From Eledone cirrhosa (taxonomy: Eukaryota): 64,000 bases of DNA. The position numbers and the translations under genes are program-made. The notes beneath the pieces were generated by a model. It was not told the origin of the DNA. It did no database searches and was given only the letters and a program-made list of their open reading frames with translations. Position 1 is the first letter of the stretch. Every line of letters starts with the position of its first letter. The stretch is from contig OZ024746.1 of the NCBI GenBank assembly GCA_964016885.1, positions 65,596,001 to 65,660,000 of the forward strand, written 5' to 3'. This document shows, in pieces, positions 13,241 through 26,807 of this stretch.

Positions 13241-13584
13241 TAATAAATTAGGAAAGAAGAGTGACACGGTTTGCTATAAAAAAAAGGTTTTTAATCTCAT
13301 TGCTGACAATTGTTTCTCTGAACTGGTAGGTCTTGAGATCGCTATCCGCTTATTTTCACGTTACTCGATCGCCAATACAAAATTATAACCAGTCAGTTCA
13401 TCGGAGCATTCTCGCAAGCTCCGATGAACTGACTGGTTATAACTTTGTATTGCCGATCGAGTAACGTGAAAATAAGCGGATAGCGATCTCAAGACCTACC
13501 AGTTCAGAGAAACAATTGTCAGCAATGAGATTAAAAACCTTTTTTGTATAGCAAACCGTGTCACTCTTCTTTCCTGATTTATTA
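13241..13584. repeat. Fold-back element: 167-bp arms, 10-nt loop
   Basis: 13241-13407 is the reverse complement of 13418-13584 with few mismatches; end fragments repeated at 13787-13853 and 13992-14075. Confidence 0.92.
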
Positions 13585-13595
13585 CTATATATCTA

Positions 13596-13787
<192 letters not shown>

Positions 13788-13851
13788 GTAATAAATCAAG
13801 AAAGAAGAGTGACACGGTTTGCTATACAATAAAGGTTCTTTAATCTCATTC

Positions 13852-13882
<31 letters not shown>

Positions 13883-13897
13883 TTCGTTTATCTGACC

Positions 13898-13996
<99 letters not shown>

Positions 13997-14084
13997 ATAA
14001 ATCAGGAAAGAAGAGTGACACGGTTTGCTATACAAAAAAGGTTTTTAATCTCATTGCTGACAATTGTTCCTCTGAAAAATTGTT

Positions 14085-14810
14085 TCGCTAAAAAGCTTTC
14101 TCCGATATTGTATTTATTTATTTACTCTTGGCGCAGCTGAATTGAATTTCCCGGTATAAGGTTAGCATTTCTTTGTTTATTTTTTTATATATGAATATTG
14201 ATTGTTCCTTATATCTCATTCTGTTATTTTGCCCGAGAAAATATCTGTGAGTGTCATCAAATGTTGTACACACATAGATATTTTTTCAATTTCCAATTGA
14301 GTTCTTATCACGTGGCCTGAATTCCTTTCAGAGTTCATTGTCATGCGCATGTATTGTTTTTTTTGGCGGTAATTTACTTCCTCATTTTTGAATCAGTTTG
14401 AGCACTTCTTTAGAACTGCTGGACTGGCAACCTGACAGATACCTCAGGCACAGATGATGATTATCGCTAAATACTGATGTTGGTTAGATTATCAATATTA
14501 GTATTATTGGGGCACCCACTGATGAATTATAGGAGCTCACTTGAATATATATCTATTGATGGTATACAAGCTCCTACATAAATTGGTATAATTTCACCCA
14601 AATTGTAGGAATCCTATAATGAAACGAGACGTCCGTGTGGGAAGAGATATATTCGATATGTCTCATGAAATAATACAGCCAATTTTCCACGTAATACTTT
14701 TAGTTAGCACCCCGAACGCATAATTGGGAATATAATCACTTATTTCCTAATGTTTGTTGAGTGAGTTGGAATTTGGCCGGTGTATCGCTAAAAAGCTTTC
14801 TCCGATATTG

Positions 14811-14820
<10 letters not shown>
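14085..14820 (+). repeat. ~700-bp HHR-containing repeat, copy 2, with 36-bp terminal direct repeat
   Basis: TCGCTAAAAAGCTTTCTCCGATATTGTATTTATTTA at 14085-14120 and 14785-14820. Confidence 0.85.
14515..14641 (+). ncRNA. Type I HHR with branched stem II, probably inactive (G at the cleavage position)
   Basis: CCCA-CTGATGA-ATTATAGGA...TCCTATAAT-GAAA-CGAGACGTCCG-TG-TGGG. Confidence 0.7.
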
Positions 14821-14864
<44 letters not shown>

Positions 14865-14927
14865 AACATATATATATATATATACAAACATATATATATA
14901 TACATAACTATATATATATATATATAC

Positions 14928-15066
<139 letters not shown>

Positions 15067-15271
15067 CATATATATATTCAGGTTTGAGGTTCACCACTGT
15101 ATAGAGCTGGTCTATTCCGTATGGTCAATCGTAATGCAATAATATAGAGAGTACTCAACGTAACGCAGTTCAACCGTCTTTGTTTTTGTAGTTGGTGGTG
15201 CTATTACGGAGTTAAATATTATAATGAAATGACAGGAGGCTGGATTTGTGTAAATCCTTGAAAGGTTTATT

Positions 15272-15329
15272 ATACTATGATCATTTCAATGACCGGGTTC
15301 CGTATGAATCCGGTGATATCATCAGGTAT
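15272..15329 (-). ncRNA. Type I HHR (left arm)
   Basis: Reverse complement of 18455-18512. Confidence 0.8.
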
Positions 15330-16656
15330 TCAAAATATAATACGTGAATGTAATAGGTAAAATCCATGGAGCTGAAAATCGAGGACCCGAGGGCGACCGC
15401 TATTCTGTTCGTTCAACCTCAGCCGGTCGCCCTGGAGTGACGTGGCTAAAGTTTATAGTATGCTACTACCGGTCAGATAAACGAAAACAGAAAGGGATGG
15501 GAGCATAAGTTAACGTCGATCTCATGACACAAGATAAAAGAAAGAAAGAAAGAAAGGAGAGAGAGAAGAAGGGGGAAGAAAGAACAAGAGAAGCCAGGGT
15601 TAATGTCAGCTAAAAGGAGAAAGGCAACTACTACCGGTCAGATATAAGCAAGCAAGAGGGGGAAGGAAGATAAGTCTGCGGGAGGAAGACAGGAGGAGGG
15701 GAGAAGAGAAGGAAGGGAAGAGAGAAGTAGAAAAGTAAGGGTTGATGGCTACAAGAAGGAAGATAGAAAGAAAGAGGAAGAAAGGTCGATATTAATGTCA
15801 GACCACGGTCAAGCCAGGAGTGGCGCGAGAAAATGTTCACAGGGACTCGCATCTTAGCAGAGGTGAATATATTGGGAGTCAGTGTGTTACAGTGTTTAGA
15901 CTTCTAGGATGAAGTTAAAAAAATTAATAATCAATATTCAATATTAAAGAGGTTAGAAAATTTAAAGTTCAACAGTTTAACATTTAATTATATAATAGTT
16001 CCGATTTGTTCTGTAATTTAAAGGTACTATTTGGCGGTTAAAACACCGGCCGCGCCCCGGGCCCCATGGCGAATTAAGCTACGCCGAGTATTTTGATTTA
16101 CTGAAAGAAGGGGACATTTATTTTTCTAAGCACTCCAGGTGAGCTCGTTCGCCAGGGAGCTGGTCGCGCCGCCATTAAAACCCACCCAACAGTCCGACAG
16201 AAAGTTGGAACTTTAAAATTTTGCTTAGAGAAGTAAAAGAGTAATAGTTGATAGCTACAAGAAAAAAGATAGAAAGAGAGAGGAAGGAAGGTCGATATTA
16301 ATGTCACACCACAGTCGGGCCAGGAATGGCGCGACAAAATTTTCACAGGGACTCGCATCTTAGCAGAGGTGAATATATTGGGGGTCAGTGTGTTACAATG
16401 TTTAGACTTATAGGATGAAGTTAAAAAATTAATAATCAATATTCCATATTAAAGAGGTTAGAAAATTTAAAGCTCAACAGTTTCAGGTTGATATATCTAA
16501 TAGTTCCGATTTGTTCTGTAATTTAAAGGTACTATTTGGCGGTTAAAACACCGGCCGCGCCCCGGGCCCCATGGCGAATTAAGCCACGCCGAGTATTTTC
16601 ATTTACCGAAAGAAGGGGCAATTTATTTTTCCAAGCACTCCAGGTGAGCCCATTTA

Positions 16657-17320
16657 ATAGACAACGACTCTTGTTTGTTTATTTATATCTTTACATCTTT
16701 ATTTGCTGTATTAATGCTCCTCCACGTATTCTACCTCTATACATCCATGTACTTTCTACTTCCCTTATTCGGACTTTTACTCGCGTGTACCCTTAGCACA
16801 CGTCACTGGAATATCTCCCCCTGGGAACATAAATACCGCAACCTGAACTATATTGTATTTCTCCTGTCTCTTGAACTCTACATTTACTAGACAACGACTA
16901 TTGTTTGTTTATCTATATCTTCACATCTTTGTTTGCTGTATTAATGTCTTTCCACGTACTCTACCTCTATACATCCATGTACTTTTTACTCCCCTTATTC
17001 GGACATTTACTCGCGTGCACCCTTAGCAGACGACACAGGATTGCCCCCCCCCCCCCCTGGAAAATAAATACTGCAACCTGAACTATATTGTAAATCTCCT
17101 ATGTCCTGATTTCTCCATCTTACTCCAACACCACTCTTGTTGGTTTATTTACATGTTTATACCTATATATTGATATGTTTATATATTTATACCTCTGCTG
17201 TACCAATGTGCTCTTCCACGTATTCCACTTCTATGTATCCATGTATTTCTACTCCTCACATTGGGACCTGTACCCATTAGCACACGACACTAGAATGTCT
17301 CCTCCTGAGAACAAAAATTA
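16657..17320 (+). repeat. Three diverged ~230-bp tandem units in the loop of the 1-kb inverted repeat
   Basis: Units start TAGACAACGACT at 16657 and 16888; a third diverged unit starts near 17125. Confidence 0.75.
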
Positions 17321-18454
17321 ATCATTACACGACTATATCCCGTACTCTACATCCCACTAGGATAAATTACAGATCTACATAATACAATTAACGTTTCTTC
17401 ATAAAAGACTCTATTTAATTAAACCCCGCAACCCCAAAACTCATAGAAGTTATTTGAATGTTTAATCTTCAATTTTCTGTTTGTTCAATTCTCAATTTTC
17501 TTACTCCTTAGTTTTATAATGTTATTCTGAATTCTTTCAACTTCATCCGATACAGTTAAGCAAAATTCTAAAGTTCCAACTTTCTGTCGGACTGTTGGGT
17601 GGGTTTTAGCGGCGGCGCGACCAGCTCCCTGGCGAACGGGCTCACCTGGAGTGCTTGGAAAAATAAATTGCCTCTTCTTTCGGTAAATGAAAATACTCGG
17701 CGTGGCTTAATTCGCCATGGGGCCCGGGGCGCGGCCGGTGTTTTAACCGCCAAATAGTACCTTTAAATTACAGAACAAATCGGAACTATTATATAATTAA
17801 ATGTTAAACTGTTGAACTTTAAACTTTCTAACCTCTTTAATATTGAATATTGATTATTAATTTTTTTAACTTCATCCTAGAAGTCTAAACACTGTAACAC
17901 ACTGACTCCCAATATATTCACCTCTGCTAAGATGCGAGTCCCTGTGAACATTTTCTCGCGCCACTCCTGGCTTGACCGTGGTCTGACATTAATATCGACC
18001 TTTCTTCCTCTTTCTTTCTATCTTCCTTCTTGTAGCCATCAACCCTTACTTTTCTACTTCTCTCTTCCCTTCCTTCTCTTCTCCCCTCCTCCTGTCTTCC
18101 TCCCGCAGACTTATCTTCCTTCCCCCTCTTGCTTGCTTATATCTGACCGGTAGTAGTTGCCTTTCTTCTTTTAGCTGACATTAACCCTGGCTTCTCTTGT
18201 TCTTTCTTCCCCCTTCTTCTCTCTCTCCTTTCTTTCTTTCTTTCTTTTATCTTGTGTCATGAGATCGACGTTAACTTATGCTCCCATCCCTTTCTGTTTT
18301 CGTTTATCTGACCGGTAGTAGCATACTATAAACTTTAGCCACGTCACTCCAGGGCGACCGGCTGAGGTTGAACGAACAGAATAGCGGTCGCCCTCGGGTC
18401 CTCGATTTTCAGCTCCATGGATTTTACCTATTACATTCACGTATTATATTTCGA

Positions 18455-18512
18455 ATACCTGATGATATCACCGGATTCATACGGAACCCGGTCATTGAAA
18501 TGATCATAGTAT
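18455..18512 (+). ncRNA. Type I HHR (right arm)
   Basis: ATAC-CTGATGA-..ACCGG..CCGGT..-GAAA-TGATCA-TA-GTAT; stem I ATAC/GTAT; stem III ATGATCAT palindrome; AATAAA follows. Confidence 0.8.
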
Positions 18513-18564
18513 AATAAACCTTTCAAGGATTTACACAAATCCAGCCTCCTGTCATTTCATTATT

Positions 18565-18596
<32 letters not shown>

Positions 18597-18599
<3 letters not shown>

Positions 18600-18904
18600 T
18601 ATCTATCTATCTAAGGCGGGTAAAATTCCCGAGATCCATGGACGAGTTCTCTCCAGCGGTCTCTGTCCCTCATTATCGCTGCCATGTCCTGCGTCTCCAA
18701 CAGACCAGTGTCTGTCCTTAGGGCATCAACATACGTTAACCTTGGTCTTCCTCTTCTAGTGTGTCCATGTAGGGGCTCCCAAAGGAGCACTGAGTGCAAT
18801 GTCAACTCTGGATGTCGGTGAGCATGTCCAGCTAACCTCAGTCTCCTCTGTGTCACTTTTGAGCTGACTCTTGGGATGCTCCCATACAGCTCTGAGTTTT
18901 TCAT
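18597..18904 (-). mobile_element. RTE-type LINE 3' fragment
   Basis: NSELYG..RRLRLAGH..RH..LLWEP..RRGRPRLTYVD..MRDRDRWR C-terminus; (GATA)n tail. Confidence 0.85.
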
Positions 18905-19148
18905 CTACCTGTCTATAGAACGGGCGCTGTTTTTTTTTATGACGATGATGAGCTGCATCTGTAATATCAGGACTAATAAAATTAAGTTCCAGAAACACTA
19001 TCGATTAGTCACTTCATTGATTTATCTTGATCAATCAACCTTCTGAAACTATCGTAAATCAATGAACTGATTGAACACTAAACCAAGCCTTTTGTTTTCT
19101 TTGTGCGAAACTCTAGAGTAACAAGACTCACTTTTTAGCCTTAATTAT

Positions 19149-19322
19149 AATTGTTTCTACTTATGGCACAAGGCCAGCAATTAGGCCAGTGCATTTCTGG
19201 TACTTTATTTTATCGACCCCCGTAAGGATGAAAGGCAAAATTAACCTCGGCGGGATTTGAATTCAGATCATAAAGGGCCGTACCACTGTGCCGCAAAGCA
19301 TGGTGTCCGACCCGACACGCTA
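19149..19322 (-). mobile_element. SINE family A
   Basis: Core and tail match; head diverged. Confidence 0.85.
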
Positions 19323-19444
19323 CTTCAGTATACGCACACACACATGCACACACACACACTAATATGTATATATATATATATATTAATATGTATATGTATA
19401 TATATACATATTACGATGGAATTCTGAATAGTATACGATATACG

Positions 19445-19920
19445 TCTACATGGCATGACCATCTTCACGTTCCGCGGTGGAAAAACCCCTCCTCTGGGAT
19501 GCCACTTGCACCGACACTTACTGCAGCCGCAGCCTGGTGCAGTCTGCGACTCACACAGGTTCTGCTGCAGGTCGGGCTGAGGGGACCAAACTCCTCCGGT
19601 CGCTCTCCTACAGGTTTGCGGTCGTACCCGTGGAAGTGGAGACTTCTGGTGTCCTCGGCCCCAGGGCTACCTCCTTACTCACCCCCATAGGCGGTGAGCT
19701 GACCAGCCGCAGATGTGAGCCCCGTGAGTTGGAGTGGCTTTTCCAGCGCGTCTCCCTTGTCGTCTTCCGGGGAAACGCCTTCTCCATTCTGTCCGCCGGG
19801 GCTGTGGGTGGGCCCCATCGCGTACCGTTGTAGTTGTTGCATACAGATATTAACTCATCAATCACAATTATATTATTGTGTACAATAAATATGTTATGAT
19901 GCAAAAAAAAAAAAGAAAAA
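19445..19920 (+). mobile_element. CRE-like non-LTR 3' fragment (restriction-like endonuclease C-terminus)
   Basis: LLWDATCTDT..AAGRAE..VETSGVLGP..LFQRVSLVVFRGNA; AATAAA at 19884 and poly(A) at 19903-19920. Confidence 0.8.
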
Positions 19921-20394
19921 TATCAACGCTTAAGTAGTAAACATTCCTGCAATATGATGGAACACGTGGTTGTTGCTATGCAGACATCTTAAGAAGATAT
20001 TTATGCTAATACGAAGTCACAGAATCAAGATGGCACAAACGCTCATCAAAAACCAATTCAGTGACTGACAAAGATAACATTTATGAGGGATGGTGACTGA
20101 CACTGAATAAATATTGAGATATAACGAATATATACGAGGGAGTCCCTGGCTTGATCTCTGCTACAGAGGCCTAGCTGGAGGCCGAGCCTTACGCGTTCCT
20201 TTTACATGGCTTGAAATTCCGCTGCAATAGTTGTGTGAATCTGAAAGTGGAATATGTTGATTAATGGATCTTCCTGTACTTTCTTCTATCCAATTCCAGG
20301 ACCTGCTCCCCCCCCCTAGTATTATTGAGACATTGAAATATTAATATAAATATTTGTAATTCCAGGTGTTAGACGCGTCAAACTACATGTAACC

Positions 20395-20712
20395 CCATAG
20401 ATTTCGACGATGGGTGTTCCAGCTGTTCAATCATTGGAATGGATTGCTCATGAAAACATCGTGCAAGTGGCTGAACATTCCACCCTTAACATAATTGATG
20501 AAGAGAGTTAGCGTGACACTAAGTATAAAAAAGCCGTCTATTAGAATTGCAGGTACAAACTATCCAACCGGCTTCCAAACACTGCTTTCATCTACTCAAT
20601 TCCACTGACAAGGCATGGTTCGAACCGAGGCTGCAGTAAATGACACTTTCCCGAGTTGATGCACAGTGGGATCGAAACCAGGACCTAATGATTACATTCG
20701 GCCATGCTGCGT
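20395..20712 (-). mobile_element. Diverged tRNA-derived SINE (other family)
   Basis: GGTTTCGATCCCACTG B-box-like motif on minus strand, degenerate body. Confidence 0.55.
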
Positions 20713-20996
20713 CCACTCAGCGTACTATCGCTTACGTAAGAATAAACCTCAATCCAAATATGGAGATCTGCTAATCGTGATAAACAGAATGTAAGGACCT
20801 AAAGCAGAAATAGTTTCCATGATGTTTAGTTCGTTGGGAATTATAAAAATAGATAGCAAATGGATGTATAAAAATTGTAGGAGAAAATACAACTAAAACT
20901 AGAAAAATTGCACGAAACACATACCCACCCAAGGCACAAGAACTGTGTTCAGACTATGGCAGTGGAAATACACAATAACCTGTGAAATGAAAATTT

Positions 20997-20997
<1 letters not shown>

Positions 20998-21034
<37 letters not shown>

Positions 21035-21061
21035 GCGCCACCACTACCGTCACTACTACCG

Positions 21062-21119
<58 letters not shown>

Positions 21120-21160
21120 CACTGCAGCTGCTGCTGTTGCATCTCCTATTAGTACTACTG
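20998..21160. repeat. (CTA)n microsatellite
   Basis: Direct inspection. Confidence 0.95.
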
Positions 21161-21694
21161 CAACAAATCAACTACAGATATCTAAAATGTTTTGCTATCT
21201 CCACGAAATACCCCTATAATTTAATAGCAAAAGCAAGCAAAACAAAAGCAAAAAATACTCCCGTTTCTAGAAGCACGTTGGAAGATAATGTAAAAGAAAA
21301 ATACAAACAAATAAATAATATTAAAAATATGTCAAATATTACATGATTAACCACCATAGAGTTCCCACCCTCTATATTTACTTATAGCTTCAAAACAACA
21401 TATATGTAAACAACGAACAGTAAATAATGATTTTTAACATAATAATAATAGCTTCGTAGAATACAGTGAGCTATAACAACAGTGTAATAATACTTCACTT
21501 AAGAATATGAACTCCAGAAATACTGGTCGATATGTCAATGATTTGGATTTGGCAAAGTTTCTCGTTCAGTTTCTTTTCTTTTTTTCTTACAGTTATATAA
21601 TTCTTCTCGTCTACACTCCTCAAAAATAAGTGGCGTGCTTTAAGAATTACTACTACCTTACGTACGTTGTACACGCACACAAAGGCACACACAC

Positions 21695-22625
21695 GTATGT
21701 ATGTATGTATGTATGTATGTATGTATGTATGTATGTATGTATGTATGTATGTATGTATGTATGTATGTATGTATGTATGTATATATGACTGTATATATGT
21801 ATGTATGCATGTGTGTATGTGTGTGTGTGTATGTATGCACGTATGCATGTTTGTTTGTATTATGAACGTGTGTATGTTTGTTTGAACGTACGTATCTATG
21901 TATGTAGGTGTGTTGAATGTATGTATGTATGTATGCATGTATGTATGTGTGTGTTTGTATGTATGCATGTATGCATGTATGTATGTATGTTTGTTTGCCT
22001 TATGTATGCATGTATGAATGTATGAATGTGTGTATTTTTGTTTGCATGTACGTATGTATGTATGTTATCTCTTTCTCTTAATTTCGAGTATATTTTTTTT
22101 TGACCAGCCGCCTTCCTGGTGGCAAGGTTGTAAAAGAAAATAAATTGTCATCCCTTGAATCGCAAGAATGTTTTGCAAATGTTGAAGGTGCCAGCTATCG
22201 CAAGCATTTGCAGACTATGAATTAGGGATCTGCGCTCTTTGTCAGCAAATCCAAGTTCAGTCATACTTTGGTCCAAGCGGGTTGGTATATAACCCGTAGC
22301 TCCAATAATGATGGGTATGAATCTAAAGGTGTATCTTGGATACTGGATTTGTAAACTCCTCATCAATGGTCCGTAGATGTCCTCCTTCTCCTGTATTTTT
22401 CTGACAACGTTTACATCATATGTATCTATGTATGTATGCATGTATGCATGTATATATGTATGTGTGTGTATGTATGTATGCTTGTATGCATGCTTGTATG
22501 CATGCATGAATAAATGTGTGTATGTTTGTGCGTATGTATGTAACTATGTGTGTGTGTGTAAGTTTGTATGTAAGTATGCTTGTATGCATGCATGTATGTA
22601 TATGTGTATCTTTTTTTGTATATAT
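21695..22625. repeat. (TATG)n-derived microsatellite field interrupted by a LINE fragment
   Basis: Direct inspection. Confidence 0.9.
22065..22418 (-). mobile_element. NeSL/R4-like non-LTR 3' fragment inserted in (TATG)n
   Basis: KIQEKEDIYGPL..YTFRFIPIIIGATGYIP..AIAGTFNICKTFL, an RLE C-terminal pattern. Confidence 0.7.
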
Positions 22626-22913
22626 GTAAAATCCTAACGTCTCTGCACAGTTAAGCCGAACAGTAACAAGCATAATCTTGAGCGTCAGACCAGCCCTATA
22701 TATAAATCAGGATATATACGGTTTGAAACTGGTTAGACCATTACCCAGGAGAGAACACGATACTTGGTGTAGTAGAGTATGGAACTAGTTGTTGAATCAC
22801 CAAGAGGCCAGTAGTCGAGGTCCCGATTCTTTATAATATTATATATATATATTATTGAATAAAATGGCAGGAGGCCTGATTCGTGAACATTCTTTTAAGC
22901 TTTATATTTGCAG

Positions 22914-22965
22914 ATACTATATATATTTCAATGGCCAGTAGTATCCCAGTAACCTCATCAAGTGC
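22914..22965 (-). ncRNA. Type I HHR motif, C3U variant
   Basis: TTGATGA ... GAAA-TATATA-TA-GTAT; context homologous to 15221-15329. Confidence 0.6.
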
Positions 22966-23001
22966 ATTGCATAACAGTTAGAAAGGAACGTATATATATA
23001 T

Positions 23002-23198
23002 ATAGCCCCACACGCAAAAAACTTATAGGGACAGAGTACAGCGAATTTTTTGAAATTTATTTCTAAACTTTTTCTTATTTACTAAACCTTAATTATATAT
23101 GTTCTGGCTCGTTAATTTATTAACCTGCCATTGAACCACATTGGCATATGGTTGGATAATACATGTGTCCCTATACGTTTTTTGCGTGTAGGGATATA
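23002..23198. repeat. Short element with ~33-bp terminal inverted repeats in TA context (MITE-like)
   Basis: CCCCACACGCAAAAAACTTATAGGGACA ... TGTCCCTATACGTTTTTTGCGTGTAGGG. Confidence 0.6.
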
Positions 23199-23578
23199 TA
23201 CTTTATTATTATTAACCTCACCATGGTCGAGATAAAACTTGGTCGATTTGACTACTGCTATTTATAGTGTTAGTAGATTGACCTCCATGCCTCTGCCTTC
23301 TATCTTTGCACACGGCACTGGAGAGAATAACTTCCACATCATTCATTCTCATCTCGGGAACAATTTTGAATAGCGCCAGTTCGAAATTCGAACTCGGGAA
23401 TTTTATATTCTCCGAGTGAAAAGAACCTTCTGAAGAGATTTTATCTTTTCAATAGAGGCCCGCAAGGACTATACATTTATTTTTGAGACTAGAAATCATT
23501 TCGGTAAAGGTAACCATAGTAAGTAAACTGAATGTTTTGAAATTTATTTTGAAACTTTTTCTTATTTACTAAACCTTG

Positions 23579-23657
<79 letters not shown>

Positions 23658-24117
23658 AAATAAATATATATACGTAGATATATAAACAGATATATGTATA
23701 TATATATACACAAACACATAGATATATATATATGCACACACACATACACAAACGCGCACAGACGCATGTGTGTATATATATGTGTGTGGGTGTATATATA
23801 CATACATATATCTGTTTATATGTCTACGTATATATATTTATAGTTCATTAGCTTCTATGGACCGCTTGGCACACAACTCGGAAGTTGTTTTTCGATAATT
23901 TCCAATAGCCGAAATACGATTCTCGGTAATTTATATTTGTATATATATATATATATTTATTAAAATAACAGATTAAAGTTTAAGCAATACCCGTCGAAGC
24001 GGCTTCAGTTCTGTCGTTGGGGGTCTTGAACATTTCCCTATTAACCACTCTACTACCCTAAATATTGAGTACTCTGGTGCGTTATGGTCCATCTGGTTAC
24101 TTACCACACTTCCTTCG

Positions 24118-24182
<65 letters not shown>

Positions 24183-24187
<5 letters not shown>

Positions 24188-24722
24188 TATGAAGAGAGAA
24201 GAAACATTTAGATATAATTAGTAATAAAATGTATCATACCTAAACTGTTCCGAAATTCCTCGACTACGTAGTTTCGTGGCATAAACGAATACCCCCTCCG
24301 CCTCCGTGGTATTTTCTTCGTGGTTATAAGAGGCTTAGCTCTGTTTCTCGACCGTTATATCGCGTGACTATCTCCCCCTCCGCCTTTTGGGATTCTTTCT
24401 CACGTCGTGTAGACGCGTTCTTGAGACTAGTAAAATGAGGTATCCTCTTGATAAGTCGGCAGACCTCGCAGGGACTCTATGTCTTTGATATATTGTTTTT
24501 GTTTATGCCACGAAACTACGTAGTCGAGGAATTTAGGAACAGTTTAGGTATGATACATTTTATTACTAATTATATCTAAATGTTTCTTCTCTCTTCATAA
24601 TGTATTTTTAACTCTGATACTGGTTCAGTCTGGTTCAAACTGAATTGGTCTGTCCCAGTCATTCATTGAGCAACATCGGTGAAGTTGGCACCCTTAACTC
24701 ACAGTTGGGTGCGGATGCATTC
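24183..24722 (+). repeat. Fold-back element: 104-bp arms (24183-24286/24501-24604) plus tail
   Basis: Arms differ at about one position; flanked by (TA)n/(TG)n. Confidence 0.9.
24443..24530 (+). ncRNA. Type I HHR with mutated core
   Basis: TCCTC-TTGATAA-..GGCA..TGCCAC-GAAA-CTACGTAG-TC-GAGGA; 5-bp stem I; 10-bp palindromic stem III. Confidence 0.7.
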
Positions 24723-24761
24723 ATGTATATATGTGTGTGTCCGCATGTATCTGTGTGTTTC

Positions 24762-24830
<69 letters not shown>

Positions 24831-24832
<2 letters not shown>

Positions 24833-26093
24833 CGAAGGAAATGTGGTAAGGAACCAGGTGGACCATAACGCACCAAAGTACTCAATACTTGAGGTAGTAG
24901 AGTGGGTAATAGGAACCAGTATATAAGATCTTCTTTGTATTCTTTTATCGCTTCCTTTATTTCCTTCCCCCCTCTCTCCTTAGTCCTTCTACCCCAGCTC
25001 TTCTCCTTTGTCGGCGTCTTTTCTCGCCCACCCGAGGCTGCCCTTTGGCCCCATGTAGCCTTAGTACCCCCACCACCCCCTCCCCTAGTCTATGATAGAT
25101 TTGGCGGACTCCGCCCTTTATAGCAGTTGGCTTAGACCCCGGATACTTGCCCCCTTTTTCCGACCGCTCCCACTATTCTCTGTGCCCTCTATATTTCTTA
25201 GTGGCACTTATGCCTTATTTTTTCGTTTCAGTATTTCTTGCTTCGCTTTTCTTCTGGGCGGGGTGGATTCTGAATTTCTTTCTCCGTATTCTACCTTTAT
25301 TTCGTACGAACTTTCATGTAGCTTGTTTTAGATCTTTTAGAGTTAGCATTAGTATATATTTTTCTCGGGACTCAGAATTATTATCTCGTACAAGTTCACT
25401 TTGCTGCACTGGGTCGTTGCTGGCCCGGGATGGAAACCTTTATTGTTTATTTCGTGGTAGTCTCTTTAGTATTTTGGCCCCTTTTGTTGACCCGTCACCG
25501 TATCATTTACGTACTTATACCTCTTAAAAGGGTTTTTGCCTATTCCGTCCCACCTAGTTCTTTTACTTATTTCGTTATTTCTTTCTTTCTTTATTTATTT
25601 ATTTATTTCTTTACTTCTTTCTTTCTTTCTTTATTTTATTCTAGCCTAACAATAGCCTGAGACCTAGGTCGTAGAATTTAATTTACTTTACTTTTTCTTT
25701 ACACTTATTTGCTTTTCTTCACTCTCAGTATTTTTCTTTCCTATATATATTTTTCTACCCCCCATTGTTCTACCTACCATTCCGACTTCCTCTCCCTCCC
25801 CCTCCCCTGTATCTTCTTTGACCTCATGCCCAGCTGTAGCTGGCACTACCAACGCTTGATTGGGTCTACTCCACCCCCTCCCCTCTTTCTCCTACTGGCA
25901 GGTTTAGCCACCATCTCCCCTACTAATTTGCAACCACAGAATTACTACTGATTTTTGACAATCACTTTGACCATATATGGAATTACCCCTTGAGAAGATC
26001 GGCTATTTAAATACCAGGATAAATTTTCATTTAGTCCAGAATTAGCCGTCGAAACGGCTTGAGCTCAGCTGTCGGGGTCTTACTGGTTCCTAT
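24831..26093 (+). mobile_element. Non-coding PLE-like 3' region with inverted tail at its 5' end
   Basis: Reverse-complement tail 24831-24921, 1-kb pyrimidine-rich body, HHR-like 25985-26078, (TA)n both sides. Confidence 0.7.
25985..26078 (+). ncRNA. Degenerate type I HHR
   Basis: Stem I ACCCC/GGGGT, stem II CGGCTA/TAGCCG, GAAA, stem III ACGGCT/AGCTGT, GUC site; CUGAUGA box degraded. Confidence 0.6.
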
Positions 26094-26309
26094 ATATATA
26101 TATATTCTTATTTCCAATGAATTTTTAAATAAGTGCGTCGACTCTTTTACTTTGATTTAATCTTCCTAAAACCTTTGCTGCATTTCTGTTTACTTAGTTC
26201 TAATTACTTGATGTGCTTTTCCCCCTCAAGTAGAATTCTAACTCACACACACAAACAAATTCTCATGATTTTTCACTCTATTTCTGCCTTTCCCACTCTC
26301 TATTCATCC

Positions 26310-26378
<69 letters not shown>

Positions 26379-26772
26379 ACCCACACACACACAAGATTTC
26401 TCTCTTTCTCTCTACTTCTCTCTCTTTCATAGAAATATTTCATCGGAATTAAGTATTACCGTTAGTTTGAAATTATTTAATTCGATTAGGTTTTGCCTTG
26501 AAGCAAATAAATAAATTACCTTGATGTTGAGTTTTTACTTGTAACGTTAATATATAGGAAACTATTCAAACACATCATTTAAGATGTTAGGGTATATATT
26601 TGTGGTGTTGAATGAATGTAGGAAAGTACAAGCAAGTCTCCTACTTAGCAGAGATGCATGTCCACTAAAACGTTAATCTCAAGTTGCTGCTGAGGGGATG
26701 GGGCAACAGGAATTGAAGAACTTTTCTCAAGAATACAACAATCGTAATATCAACACTCTAGGCTTTGCGTTC

Positions 26773-26807
<35 letters not shown>

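Larger units (their letters stand above)
15077..18563. mobile_element. Non-coding PLE-like element with ~1-kb inverted arms (15221-16227/17557-18563) and tail 15077-15220
   Basis: Arms near-identical; HHR near the outer end of each arm; internal direct duplicate 16228-16650; (TA)n both sides; terminus homologous to 22860-22965 and 40516-40775. Confidence 0.88.

Noticed and set aside
15631-18153. Identical 73-aa ORFs on opposite strands (15631-15852 and 17932-18153)
   Set aside because: Consequence of the inverted repeat; low-complexity sequence, non-ATG-supported coding signal absent
20945-21346. Leu-rich, signal-peptide-like ORF
   Set aside because: Produced by the (CTA)n repeat
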